A stretch of 32,000 nt of DNA from Zymomonas mobilis subsp. mobilis ATCC 10988 (GCF_000175255.2 NC_017262.1:240001-272000); one strand, 5' to 3'. Positions 1 to 9,025 are shown, counted from the stretch's first letter. The notes: generated by a model from the letters alone, not told the origin. Made by a program: numbers and translations.

Positions 1-488
1 GCTTTTCCCAAGGTCAGAATTTTTCCCCGTAAAGACCCTAAGGTCTGCTTTTTTCCGGTCAAAGCCAGCACCGCCGTCCCGCCTAGGGCTATGGTCAAGC
101 GTGGTTTTAACAAACGCCATTCCTGTCTTAACCAATATCGACAGCAATCTACTTCTTCAGGGGCGGGGGTCTGATGAATACGTCTTTCCCCTTTTAACCA
201 GAATTTGAAATGCTTGACGGCATTGGTCAGATAAATTTCTTCCCTTGGCCAACCGATAGAGGCCATGACCTCATCAAAAACCTGTCCGGCAGGGCCTACG
301 AAAGGCCGTCCCGCTAAATCTTCCTGATCTCCGGGCTGTTCACCCACAAAAATAACTGGGCTTGTGTGAGAGCCTTCACCGCAAACTACCTGTGTTGCTT
401 TTTGGTAAAGAGCGCAGCGCGTGCAGTGATGCAAAGCCTCCGTCAGATCTTCCCATGACGGTGCTTTCTTGACGGCCGCTTCTGACAT
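1..488 (-). CDS. Uracil-DNA glycosylase superfamily protein, UdgX-like (family 4-related); 3' end truncated by the window edge
   Basis: Not in the supplied ORF track because it runs off the left edge. Reverse translation from ATG at 488 gives MSEAAVKKAPSWEDLTEALHHCTRCALYQKATQVVCGEGSHTSPVIFVGEQPGDQEDLAGRPFVGPAGQVFDEVMASIGWPREEIYLTNAVKHFKFWLKGERRIHQTPAPEEVDCCRYWLRQEWRLLKPRLTIALGGTAVLALTGKKQTLGSLRGKILTLGK. It shows GEQPGDQEDLAGRPFVGPAG, an Fe-S-type CxxC (CTRC), NAVKHFKF and the UdgX-specific RRIH loop. Confidence 0.92.
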   Translation of the reverse strand, partial: MSEAAVKKAPSWEDLTEALHHCTRCALYQKATQVVCGEGSHTSPVIFVGEQPGDQEDLAGRPFVGPAGQVFDEVMASIGWPREEIYLTNAVKHFKFWLKGERRIHQTPAPEEVDCCRYWLRQEWRLLKPRLTIALGGTAVLALTGKKQTLGSLRGKILTLGK

Positions 489-546
489 TTTTCAGCCTAT
501 CCTTTGGTCTTTCTTTTAAAAAGGCTCATTACTGGAATAAAAGATA

Positions 547-594
547 AAAAAACACCTTGTTTCGAATGGAAGTATCCCACCCGAAACAAGGTGC
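547..594 (-). terminator. Rho-independent terminator downstream of ndh (minus strand)
   Basis: Perfect 12-bp inverted repeat CACCTTGTTTCG (554-565) / CGAAACAAGGTG (583-594). On the minus strand it is followed by a T-run (A7 at 547-553 on the plus strand). Confidence 0.9.
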
Positions 595-618
595 TACAAA
601 AGTCTTCTGCGTCAAATA

Positions 619-1944
619 TCAGTATAATTTGACTTTAGGGCGTAACATGCTGTGCGCCATAGCGGCGGCAAGAACAGCCGAGCCTTTGACCCATCCATGA
701 ATAGCCAACAAATGCAGGCGATAGAGCGAGTTATAGAAGAAGCGGGCAATCCGGCCTTTAACGACGCGTTTACCAACATTTTTCTTCCCACTCAGGCTTA
801 AATCGCCAATAGCGGCAAACCGGCTAAGGGAAAGCAACGTGCCATAATCGCGATAAGCGAAATCTTTAAGCGGTTCACCTTTCCGCAAACGAACGATATT
901 TTCAAAAACTGTATCGGCCATCTGATGGGCAGCCTGCGCGCGCGGCGGCACTGGGCGTTCAGCTTCAGGCAATTTGCATGAACAGCAATCGCCCATAGCG
1001 AAAATACGATCATCCGTCGTGCTTTGTAAGGTTGGCTTCACGATAATCTGGTTGCTGCGGGCAACTTCCAAACCTTCGACCTTGGACAGGAAATCAGGCG
1101 CTTTCACCCCAGCCGCCCAAAGCTGGATATCGCTTTCAATGGTCTGGCCATCTTTGGTCTTGATAAAACCTTCACCGGCTTCAACAACCATCGTGTTGGT
1201 TTTGATATCAACGCCCAAACGCTGTAAAACCGTATGAGCATCCTCGGCCATAAATTCAGGTAAAGGTGCCAAGATACGAGGGGCTGCCTCGACCAAGGTT
1301 ACTTGCATACAATTGGCACCGAATTTTTCGAGGCCAAAATTACCCAGTTCAATGGCGGTATTGTATAATTCAGCCGATAATTCGACACCGGTCGCCCCTG
1401 CGCCGATAACCGTTACTCTGACTGGTTTTTCCATACCCGGTTGAGCAATCATGGTTCTGGATGCGCTCGCACAAGCGTCAAAGAGATGTTCGCGAAAACG
1501 GTCAGCCTGAGCGCGGCTATCCAAAAACAGACAGTTCTCTCTTACACCTGGCGTATTGAAATCATTGGCGACCGAACCCAAGGCCAAAACCAGATAATCA
1601 TAACGGAGACGTTCCTGATCGCTGATTTTATGGCCTTCTTCATCCACTAAAGGCTCAAGGATGATTTCATGATTTTTACGGTCGATATCTTCCAATGTCC
1701 CACGGACATAGTGATATCCCCAATGCTTACCGTGATAACGATAGCTGACTTCATCCAGATCGGCATCTAATGCGCCGGTGGCAACTTCATGGAACAGAGG
1801 TTTCCAAACATGGGTTGGGCTACGGTCAACCAGAATGACGTCGGCCTCTTTCCCGAAACGTTCCCCCAAAGCACGCACCAACTGCAATCCACCGGCACCG
1901 CCACCCACGACAACAATGCGGTCAGGTCTACCATTCTTCGACAT
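619..1944 (-). CDS. ndh: Type II NADH dehydrogenase (NDH-2), FAD/NAD(P)-binding oxidoreductase
   Basis: 441 aa. N-terminal dinucleotide-binding VVVGGGAGGLQLV, second Rossmann motif VTVIGAGATGVELSAEL, and C-terminal RIFAMGDCC (FAD motif). Confidence 0.93.
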   Translation of the reverse strand: MSKNGRPDRIVVVGGGAGGLQLVRALGERFGKEADVILVDRSPTHVWKPLFHEVATGALDADLDEVSYRYHGKHWGYHYVRGTLEDIDRKNHEIILEPLVDEEGHKISDQERLRYDYLVLALGSVANDFNTPGVRENCLFLDSRAQADRFREHLFDACASASRTMIAQPGMEKPVRVTVIGAGATGVELSAELYNTAIELGNFGLEKFGANCMQVTLVEAAPRILAPLPEFMAEDAHTVLQRLGVDIKTNTMVVEAGEGFIKTKDGQTIESDIQLWAAGVKAPDFLSKVEGLEVARSNQIIVKPTLQSTTDDRIFAMGDCCSCKLPEAERPVPPRAQAAHQMADTVFENIVRLRKGEPLKDFAYRDYGTLLSLSRFAAIGDLSLSGKKNVGKRVVKGRIARFFYNSLYRLHLLAIHGWVKGSAVLAAAMAHSMLRPKVKLY

Positions 1945-2208
1945 TTGAAACCTCTATTCTCTTCCAAGCGACCCAGCCCCCTTTGGCGTGGTGGTTTGCG
2001 AGCCGCCTCAATTACCTTTTGCTGTAACTAACGAAGAACATTCAAATCTGTTTCACATAAATTATAAGTCAAAGTGAAAGTTTTTATTGCTTACTGTGAA
2101 ACTATCTTTGCCCTTATCCGGTCTCTGTCTTTGATTATCCTAATGGGCTTTGTTTAAAGCGCGCTTTCTCTGATTGACCTTTGGCTTCTTTTCCCGTCAA
2201 TATGGGTT

Positions 2209-2811
2209 ATGGAAAAACAAACCGATCACTCTTCCCGTAAAACCTCCTCTTCTTCGCCTTCTTTTGTCAAAATGGCGATAGATTACGCTCCGCTTGTGAT
2301 CTTCTTTTTGGCCTATAAAATGACAGGATTCTTTATAGGTACCATCGCTTTTATGGTCTCGATGATCGTAGCTATAGGGGTTTCCCGTTACAAGCTGGGA
2401 CGGGTCTCACCGACCTTGTGGCTTTCTTTTGTCTTGATTATGTTCTTTGGCGGTCTGACCTTATGGTTTCATGACCAACGTTTCATTCAGCTTAAGCCCA
2501 CTATCATCTACAGTTTTTTTGCCGTCATGCTGTTAGGCGGGCGCTTATTGAACAAACCGATGCTGAAATATATTATGGAAGATGCCTTTGATGGCGTGAC
2601 TGAGAAAGGCTGGCTGATCTTAAGTTTTAACTGGGGCTGCTTTTTTCTCGTTATGGCCTTGCTAAACGAATATCTAAGGACGCATTTCAGTTTTGACGTC
2701 TGGCTGACCTTAAAAATCTGGGGCGCGATGATTTTGTCGGCCGTTTTCGGATTTGCCAATATGCCTGTTTTAATCAAAAACGGATTAAATACAGGCAATG
2801 GCAAAAATTAA
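2209..2811 (+). CDS. yciB: YciB/IspZ family inner-membrane septation protein A
   Basis: 200 aa multi-TM protein with typical family segments: GGLTLWFHDQRFIQLKPTIIY, FNKPML-like LLNKPMLKYIM, GWLILSFNWGCFFLVMALLNEYL and VWLTLKIWGAMILSAVFGFANMPVLIK. Confidence 0.9.
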   Translation: MEKQTDHSSRKTSSSSPSFVKMAIDYAPLVIFFLAYKMTGFFIGTIAFMVSMIVAIGVSRYKLGRVSPTLWLSFVLIMFFGGLTLWFHDQRFIQLKPTIIYSFFAVMLLGGRLLNKPMLKYIMEDAFDGVTEKGWLILSFNWGCFFLVMALLNEYLRTHFSFDVWLTLKIWGAMILSAVFGFANMPVLIKNGLNTGNGKN

Positions 2812-2815
2812 AGAC

Positions 2816-4063
2816 CTAGGCTCTGTAATATTTTTCTATTTTCTGAAGTCGGTACCCTGTCCAAAAAAGGGGCAGGGAAGCTACTGACAGGAAACAGAAG
2901 GCGGCTTTCCAGTCTCCATAGGCTTGATGCAAAAAACCAATGAAAAGGGGGCTGGCGGATGCAAAAATATAGCCGACCCCCTGAACAGCAGAAGAAATCC
3001 GGCGATTATCATCAAGGTTGCGCGAAAATTGGATTACCGTTGAAAAGATTACGGTAAAACCGCCCCCTGCGGCAAAACCTCCTAAAATAAGCCAGAAAAG
3101 CCATAAAGAAGGCAGCCATAAAAGGCCGACTGGCGTGACTAGCCAACATAGCCCGATCAATTTCAGAAGAAAGGCCGACGAAAAACGCTGGCTCAACAGG
3201 GGAATACCAAACGATCCTAATAATGCTAAAATCTGAAAAAGAGCGGCGGCAGCACCGGCCTCTGATGATGTCATCTGGTTAGCTTGTCTTAAGAAGCTCG
3301 GGATCCAGGCTGTCAGACCATAATAAACGCATAAATGGGCAGCAAAAGAAATAACTAATATCTGGACTAATTGGCGATGAACGGAATCATGGGGGTGATG
3401 ATCTTTTGCAAGAATATTGGCCGTGGCTTTTTCGGTTTCTTTTTCGCTTGGCAGGGTATCATTGCTATATTCTGCAAATGATTTTTCAGCATAAAAGATC
3501 ACTAACCACAAAATCAATGCTAGAAAGGCCAGATCAACCCAAGAAGCCAGCGCGGTTTTCCAGCCCCAATAATGCGTCATGGGCGGTGTTAAGGCCGAAC
3601 TGAGCATGGTTCCGACATTCAACGCCGAAGTATAAAGTCCTGTTACGATATGGGATTTATGAGGGAAATCTTTAGCAATAATCAGCAAGCTGACAATATT
3701 CCCGATGGTAAGGGCCATACCGATAATAATCGTACCGCTTATCAACCCGCCAAAGCTACCTGATGCCCGTATTAGGGTGCCAATAATACAGCCCACCAAT
3801 GTCATCAGAACCGAAAATTTTAAAGACGTTCGGTTAATCAGATAAGAGGCAAGGGGCGTCAAAATTCCGAAACACAGAATAGGAATACTGGTTAATAGTC
3901 CAGCGGTCGCGGCATTGATATGAAGGGCTGACCTAATTTCATTTACTATAGGCGGAATAGCTGTCAACGGGCTCCGAAGATTGAATGCCAGAGCAACAAG
4001 GGCAATCATTAACCAGATAGTAAAAGCGTTTTTAGAGAAAAGAGGTCGTTTATTCATCATCAT
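2816..4063 (-). CDS. MFS transporter, CynX/NimT-like
   Basis: 415 aa, 12-TM pattern. N-terminus NLRSPLTAIPPIVNEIRSALHINAATAGLLTSIPILCFGILTPLA is typical of CynX/NimT family MFS permeases. Substrate cannot be assigned. Confidence 0.8.
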   Translation of the reverse strand: MMMNKRPLFSKNAFTIWLMIALVALAFNLRSPLTAIPPIVNEIRSALHINAATAGLLTSIPILCFGILTPLASYLINRTSLKFSVLMTLVGCIIGTLIRASGSFGGLISGTIIIGMALTIGNIVSLLIIAKDFPHKSHIVTGLYTSALNVGTMLSSALTPPMTHYWGWKTALASWVDLAFLALILWLVIFYAEKSFAEYSNDTLPSEKETEKATANILAKDHHPHDSVHRQLVQILVISFAAHLCVYYGLTAWIPSFLRQANQMTSSEAGAAAALFQILALLGSFGIPLLSQRFSSAFLLKLIGLCWLVTPVGLLWLPSLWLFWLILGGFAAGGGFTVIFSTVIQFSRNLDDNRRISSAVQGVGYIFASASPLFIGFLHQAYGDWKAAFCFLSVASLPLFWTGYRLQKIEKYYRA

Positions 4064-4426
4064 ATCCGTTTCAACCTACTGCGATTACAGCCGGTTTCTG
4101 CGAATGCCTTAAGGCAACGGATATATTTTTCCAGTATGAATCTTTTCTCATCAAAAAAATGATGCTTTTTAACAAAATTTCAATATGTTAGAATTTTGAT
4201 AGCAACAGGATAAGGGCGTTACCAGCCGAATAGGGTATAAAAAACGACAAATTATATTTATTCGCTGTCATTATAGGTTAGTAAAAACAGTTTAAATAAA
4301 TATATCTGGACAGAGCGGATACCGCTTTTCGGAATACTCTAACTCAATAGTTATTTGCAGGTTGGTTTCTGACAGGGTAGTCTTAAATCCGATCGTTCTG
4401 TGAATATTTACCGGGAGATTGAACGA

Positions 4427-5722
4427 ATGAAATTTGCTTCCAAAATAGCTATGTCGCTCACGCTTGCCCTTGGCGGTGTTTCGCTTATAGCTATTCAGCC
4501 TGCTACAGCGAAGAAACATGAAGCCGAAGCTGCCCCTCAACAGGCGGCAAAACCCGGTCAGGATTATGTTCTTACGCCTGCTGTCAGAACAGCCGCAGGT
4601 GAAGCGCAGGCCGCTATCAAGGCCAATGATCTCGCAACAGCAGTGGCCAAACTGGATGCTGCCAAGGCGGCTATGGCAACCGATGATGATAAATATGTTG
4701 TCGGTTCTCTCGGTTATGATCTGTCCATCGCCAAACAGGATCAAACCTTACAAAATCAATCCATTGATCTCATGCTGGGCAGCGGCAAAGTCAACCAGCG
4801 GATGTCTCAAGACACGATCTGGCAGCTTTATGTCAACCAGTCTCAATTGGCTTATGATGCAGGCCAATTCAGAAAGACTGAATTTGACATTGAACAGGCG
4901 TTAAAGATCGAAAACGCCAATAACACCCAGCTTTATCCAATGCTGGTTGAAGCCAAGGCCAAACTCAACAAACCGGCCGAAGCTATTGCGGCACTCGAAA
5001 CGGGCATCCAAAAAATGCAGGCCACTAATCAGGCCGTGCCGGAATCTTGGTTAAAACGCGGTGTGGCTTTGGCCTACAATGCCAAATTACAGCCGGAAAC
5101 CATCAAATTATGCCAGCAATGGATCGCGTCTTATCCCACGAATGATTCATGGCGCACCTCTTTACAGATTTATCGTGATTTCAACCGGACGCTTGATGGC
5201 GATGCTACGCTTGATCTCTTCCGTTTGATGCGGGCTGTGGGAGCCTTAAGTGCAGAAAGCGAATATCTGCTCTATGCTCAGCCGCTTTATATCGGTTACC
5301 CGATCGAAGCCGAAACCGTGCTGAAAGAAGGTATCCAGAAGAAAGTTCTCAGTGCAACGGACACCACGGTCAGCAAATGGCTTTCCACCGCTCGCCTGAA
5401 AGTGGCCGCTGAAAAAGCCGATCTTGCCAAGGCTGTTGCTCGTGACAGTAAAGCCGCTACTGGCAAAGATGCCTTCACTGATGGTACTTTGGCCTTGGGT
5501 GCGGGTGATTACAGCCTTGCGATCAATCTCTTCACCATTGCCAAGAGCAAATCCGGTGTTGACAATGACCTTACCACTTTGCGTTTAGGTATGGCGCAGG
5601 CGCTTGCGGGTCAAAAAGATGCAGCCAAAGCCACCTTGGCCACGGTTCAGGGTAGTCGCGCTCCGATCGCACAATTCTGGTCAATCTATGCCGATACCCA
5701 TGTCGCTACTCCGGCGGCCTGA
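4427..5722 (+). CDS. Secreted/periplasmic repeat-containing (TPR-like) protein of unknown function
   Basis: The track ORF starts at 4400, but the ATG at 4427 is preceded by a GGGAG-like RBS (accgggagattgaacgATG) and starts a classic signal peptide MKFASKIAMSLTLALGGVSLIAIQPATAKK. The body has repeated Ala/Lys-rich helical pairs (AAIKANDLATAVAKLDAAKAAM, KAKLNKPAEAIAALETGIQKM, LALGAGDYSLAINLFTIAKSK). Confidence 0.7.
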   Translation: MKFASKIAMSLTLALGGVSLIAIQPATAKKHEAEAAPQQAAKPGQDYVLTPAVRTAAGEAQAAIKANDLATAVAKLDAAKAAMATDDDKYVVGSLGYDLSIAKQDQTLQNQSIDLMLGSGKVNQRMSQDTIWQLYVNQSQLAYDAGQFRKTEFDIEQALKIENANNTQLYPMLVEAKAKLNKPAEAIAALETGIQKMQATNQAVPESWLKRGVALAYNAKLQPETIKLCQQWIASYPTNDSWRTSLQIYRDFNRTLDGDATLDLFRLMRAVGALSAESEYLLYAQPLYIGYPIEAETVLKEGIQKKVLSATDTTVSKWLSTARLKVAAEKADLAKAVARDSKAATGKDAFTDGTLALGAGDYSLAINLFTIAKSKSGVDNDLTTLRLGMAQALAGQKDAAKATLATVQGSRAPIAQFWSIYADTHVATPAA

Positions 5723-5748
5723 TCTTAAGCATTGAATTTAGACAAAGA

Positions 5749-5780
5749 AAAACGGGCTGAAAAACTCAGCCCGTTTTTTT
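5749..5780 (+). terminator. Rho-independent terminator after the repeat protein gene
   Basis: AACGGGCTGA (5751-5760), AAAAC loop, TCAGCCCGTT (5766-5775), followed by a T tract. Confidence 0.92.
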
Positions 5781-5782
5781 TG

Positions 5783-5808
5783 ACAAAAAAAACAGCGAAG
5801 CCGCTGTT
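5783..5808 (-). terminator. Rho-independent terminator on the minus strand for the Lrp-family gene
   Basis: AACAGCG (5791-5797) / CGCTGTT (5802-5808), with A8 to the left on the plus strand (T-run on the minus strand). It is convergent with the terminator at 5749-5780. Confidence 0.75.
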
Positions 5809-5954
5809 CAGATATTTTGTCATTTCTTCCGAAGAAGGCACACCGGCAACCGATATAGACCTGAAAAGATTTCAGAAATATTCATGATCGCCAGTGCCTT
5901 GATCATTCAAAAAATACTATATTCTTTTCTAAACATATCGGAAGAATGGGGGGA

Positions 5955-6437
5955 TTACTCTTTGGTATCAACAGGAACACCCGGTAAATCTTTGGATGTC
6001 CGAATGATCAGAGAGGTCTTGACGCTGGTAACATTGGGGGCAGACGTCAATTGAGAAGTCAGCAAATGCTGGAAAGCCTGCAAGTCATGTGCAACAATTT
6101 TAAGAACGAAGTCGATTTCCCCGTTCAGCATGTGGCATTCCCGCACTTCCGGCAGGGTGGCGACATGTTCTTCAAATTGACGCAGATCATCTTCGGCTTG
6201 GCTTTTCAAGCTAACCATAGCAAAAACCATAATACCATAGCCTAGGGCATTGGCATTAAGCTGTGCATGGTAACCTTCAATGATGCCAGCTTCTTCAAGG
6301 GCACGTACACGACGGAGACAGGGGGGGGCTGTCAATCCTGCTTTACGTGCCAAGTCAACATTCGTGATACGTCCATCATCTTGAAGATTCTCAAGAATCA
6401 GACGATCGATTGAATCAAGTGGGTAATTAGCCGTCAC
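5955..6437 (-). CDS. Lrp/AsnC family transcriptional regulator, possibly the Zymomonas glutamate-uptake regulator Grp
   Basis: 160 aa. N-terminal HTH LDSIDRLILENLQDDGRITNVDLARKAGLTAPPCLRRVRALEEAGIIEGY plus a C-terminal RAM domain (HVATLPEVRECHMLNGEIDFVLKIVAHD). The Grp assignment comes from memory of the family in Zymomonas and is unverified. Confidence 0.93.
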   Translation of the reverse strand: MTANYPLDSIDRLILENLQDDGRITNVDLARKAGLTAPPCLRRVRALEEAGIIEGYHAQLNANALGYGIMVFAMVSLKSQAEDDLRQFEEHVATLPEVRECHMLNGEIDFVLKIVAHDLQAFQHLLTSQLTSAPNVTSVKTSLIIRTSKDLPGVPVDTKE

Positions 6438-6682
6438 GGACTTAGTCCTTCTATTTAATCTTCCGGCTAGATAATAAAATTGCCGAAAAATACAACTTCA
6501 CTTATGCACGATTATGTAAAAAAAAGCCTCAATTCGATGACTTGATAATTAAATGGGGTAAAATCTGATAAAAAAAACATCTCTCAGAAAAAAAAGAATA
6601 AATTACCCCATGTAAAAAATATTTTTTAATATCTTCCAGTTTTTCTCCCAAATATGGCAAATGTCAGCGATATGTTAACCAC

Positions 6683-8998
6683 TTGCCTTTACCGATAATG
6701 CGTAAGGTATTCACTAAAAATCGGGAATCAGGCGTGCGTTTCGACGATATGCTCCAAACAATTATGGATCAGCCCCTTAACACAGAAGCGGAAAAGATCG
6801 CTGTCTGGCGGCAATTAGTAGATTGTATCGCCCAAGATAAGGGGCAACATGACCCTCATTTGTTAAAAAATGCCTATCAGCGTTTAATGGACTTAACGCG
6901 CGAAGTGCCTACCAATATTCGTCTCGATACTGCCGAAACCTTAGCTGGACGCCATATTCCGCCGTTACTGGTGCAATATTTTGCCTGTGATATTGCCCTG
7001 ATCGCGATGCCTGTCATCAGCTCAGTTCGGCTGGATGTCGCTGAATGGATTGGTATTTTACCCGCTTTACGCCAACCCGTTAGAAATATTCTTCGCCAAC
7101 GGAATGACCTTGATCCGTTAGTATTGCGCGCTTTGGATAGCCTTGGCGGCGATCGTCCTGTTTTGGATAATCCCAAGGAAGAGCCTGTTTCCGTTCAACC
7201 TAAACAAGAAAAAATAGAGGCTTCTCCTATTTCTCTTGAAAAGGCAGAACAGCCGTTACCTCCGCAAGAAGAGGCCACTAATTCAGCAGCAGAAGCGCCG
7301 ATGGATTACCGGAAAAGCCTTTTCTCGAAAAAGCCTGACAGTATTTCACTCGCCAAAGAAACGGATGAAATTCAACATCATCCCGCCGAAGAAATCTTGG
7401 CAAACGAAAGCGCTCCAGAAAAAGAGATGTCTTTTTCTGACAGTATCCGTTCCGGTATTCTTCATCAGGCTTATCGCCAACCCACCTATTTTAAGCCTTT
7501 CACCACGTCGCTTGAATCTCTGACGACAGATGAAACGCCCGTTATTGCCGAAGCCTTAACAACGAATCCGCCTGTCAATGAACAGCATAAGGAAGAAAAG
7601 GCAGAGAAAACACAGGAAGAAACTGTCAAAGCTCCTAGATTTTCGCCATTTTCTGATCGCTGGCGGTCAGAGATTACGCCTGTAGAAGAAGGCCTTGAAG
7701 GTCATAATGACCAAGATGAGCCTATCTTTGAATTTGAAACAAAGCTGGATCAGAAACAGCCTTCTGAAGAAGATATCTCCGACAAAAATAAGGACTTTGC
7801 ATGGTTTGCCATGGGTAAATCACGCAGTTCCAAAAAAATGGATGCAGGCGCATTACTACAGAAAAAGACATCAAAAAGCGGTAGCGAAGATACCCAGATA
7901 CGCCATTTATTAGCCCGTATTGACGCCTTCCGGCGCAGTCTGGAAGCCCGTGCAGAACAATTCAATTTCGAGAGCGATAAAAACGGTGTTGTCATCCATG
8001 TGAAAGGGATCGCCTCCCATATTTTGGCAGGGATTTCGCTTGCAACGCCCGCTTTACAGAATGGTTATGGTGTCGATGGGCAAGCTGTTGGTGCTTTTAC
8101 GCGACGCGCCCCTATCCGCCATGCCAGATTGACTATTCCGGGGAATGGGGCAGCGGCAGGGGAATGGCGCATTGCGGCTGATCCTTATTTCAGCCCTGAA
8201 ACGGGTCATTTCTCTGGCTATCGTGGGATTGCACGTCGTCCCCGCATTGAAGAAACGGCGCAACCTTTTGTATCGGCGATGCCGCCGCAACCTAGCGTCC
8301 TTGAAATTGATCGCGATTCACTACGGCAATTGATGCATGAGCTACGAAATCCGTTGAATGCGATCGTCGGCTTTGCTGAAATGATCGAGCATCAGATGCT
8401 AGGGCCTGTCGGGAAAAGCTATCGCTATTATGCTGCCGATATTACCCGTCAAGGACAGCGCTTACTACAAGCCGTGGACGATCTTAATCTCGCAGCTGAA
8501 GAGAGTGAAACTGCCTCTGTTAGCCCCCAGAGTGAAGGGTCAACTCGCTTAACCCAGATCGTTTCGGCTTTGCATAGCCATTATCAAGATGCAGTTCATA
8601 AATATAATGGCGATATCTTGTTCAAAGTCGCAACCGGACTCCCTTTATTAAAAATAGATTCCAGAGCGATTGAACGGATCTTCTCGCGTTTACTAGCTAC
8701 CGTGGTTGGTCTGATGGCTGCGCAAGAGCAAATAGAAGTTAATCTGGATCAAAAAGATCATTTCGTCCGCTTTATGGTCAAACGTCCGGCGGCATTGCAA
8801 GGCTATGATGAACAAGCGCTTCTTGATCCCGGTTTTAATCTACAGGGAGAATGGCCAAATAGTCCGGTTCTCGGGTTAGGCTTTACGCTGCGCTTAGTTA
8901 GAAATTTAGCTTCAGCTGTTAACGGTCAGCTTGAGATAAAAGACGATTCTTTTATCATTCTGCTGCCGATAGAAGAAAGCCAATCCCAAGCCTCCTAA
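6683..8998 (+). CDS. Large sensor histidine-kinase-like protein with a HisKA dimerisation domain and degenerate HATPase
   Basis: 771 aa. Helical-repeat-like N-terminus, acidic low-complexity middle, then HisKA-like LRQLMHELRNPLNAIVGFAEMI (His552, codon 8336-8338) and a C-terminal G-box-like VLGLGFTLRLVRNLASAVNGQLEI. Confidence 0.8.
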   Translation: MPLPIMRKVFTKNRESGVRFDDMLQTIMDQPLNTEAEKIAVWRQLVDCIAQDKGQHDPHLLKNAYQRLMDLTREVPTNIRLDTAETLAGRHIPPLLVQYFACDIALIAMPVISSVRLDVAEWIGILPALRQPVRNILRQRNDLDPLVLRALDSLGGDRPVLDNPKEEPVSVQPKQEKIEASPISLEKAEQPLPPQEEATNSAAEAPMDYRKSLFSKKPDSISLAKETDEIQHHPAEEILANESAPEKEMSFSDSIRSGILHQAYRQPTYFKPFTTSLESLTTDETPVIAEALTTNPPVNEQHKEEKAEKTQEETVKAPRFSPFSDRWRSEITPVEEGLEGHNDQDEPIFEFETKLDQKQPSEEDISDKNKDFAWFAMGKSRSSKKMDAGALLQKKTSKSGSEDTQIRHLLARIDAFRRSLEARAEQFNFESDKNGVVIHVKGIASHILAGISLATPALQNGYGVDGQAVGAFTRRAPIRHARLTIPGNGAAAGEWRIAADPYFSPETGHFSGYRGIARRPRIEETAQPFVSAMPPQPSVLEIDRDSLRQLMHELRNPLNAIVGFAEMIEHQMLGPVGKSYRYYAADITRQGQRLLQAVDDLNLAAEESETASVSPQSEGSTRLTQIVSALHSHYQDAVHKYNGDILFKVATGLPLLKIDSRAIERIFSRLLATVVGLMAAQEQIEVNLDQKDHFVRFMVKRPAALQGYDEQALLDPGFNLQGEWPNSPVLGLGFTLRLVRNLASAVNGQLEIKDDSFIILLPIEESQSQAS

Positions 8999-9025
8999 AA
9001 AAATAAAAAAAATTACGGATATCTC

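Noticed and set aside
2848-2875. CCCTGTCC...GGGGCAGGG hairpin just after yciB
   Set aside because: It lies within the coding sequence of the convergent MFS gene (LPLFWTGYRL) and lacks a T tract, so it is not a convincing terminator.
4292-4744. 150-aa minus-strand ORF overlapping the repeat-protein start
   Set aside because: Antisense to a well-supported signal-peptide gene. Cys/Arg-rich composition with no recognisable domain.
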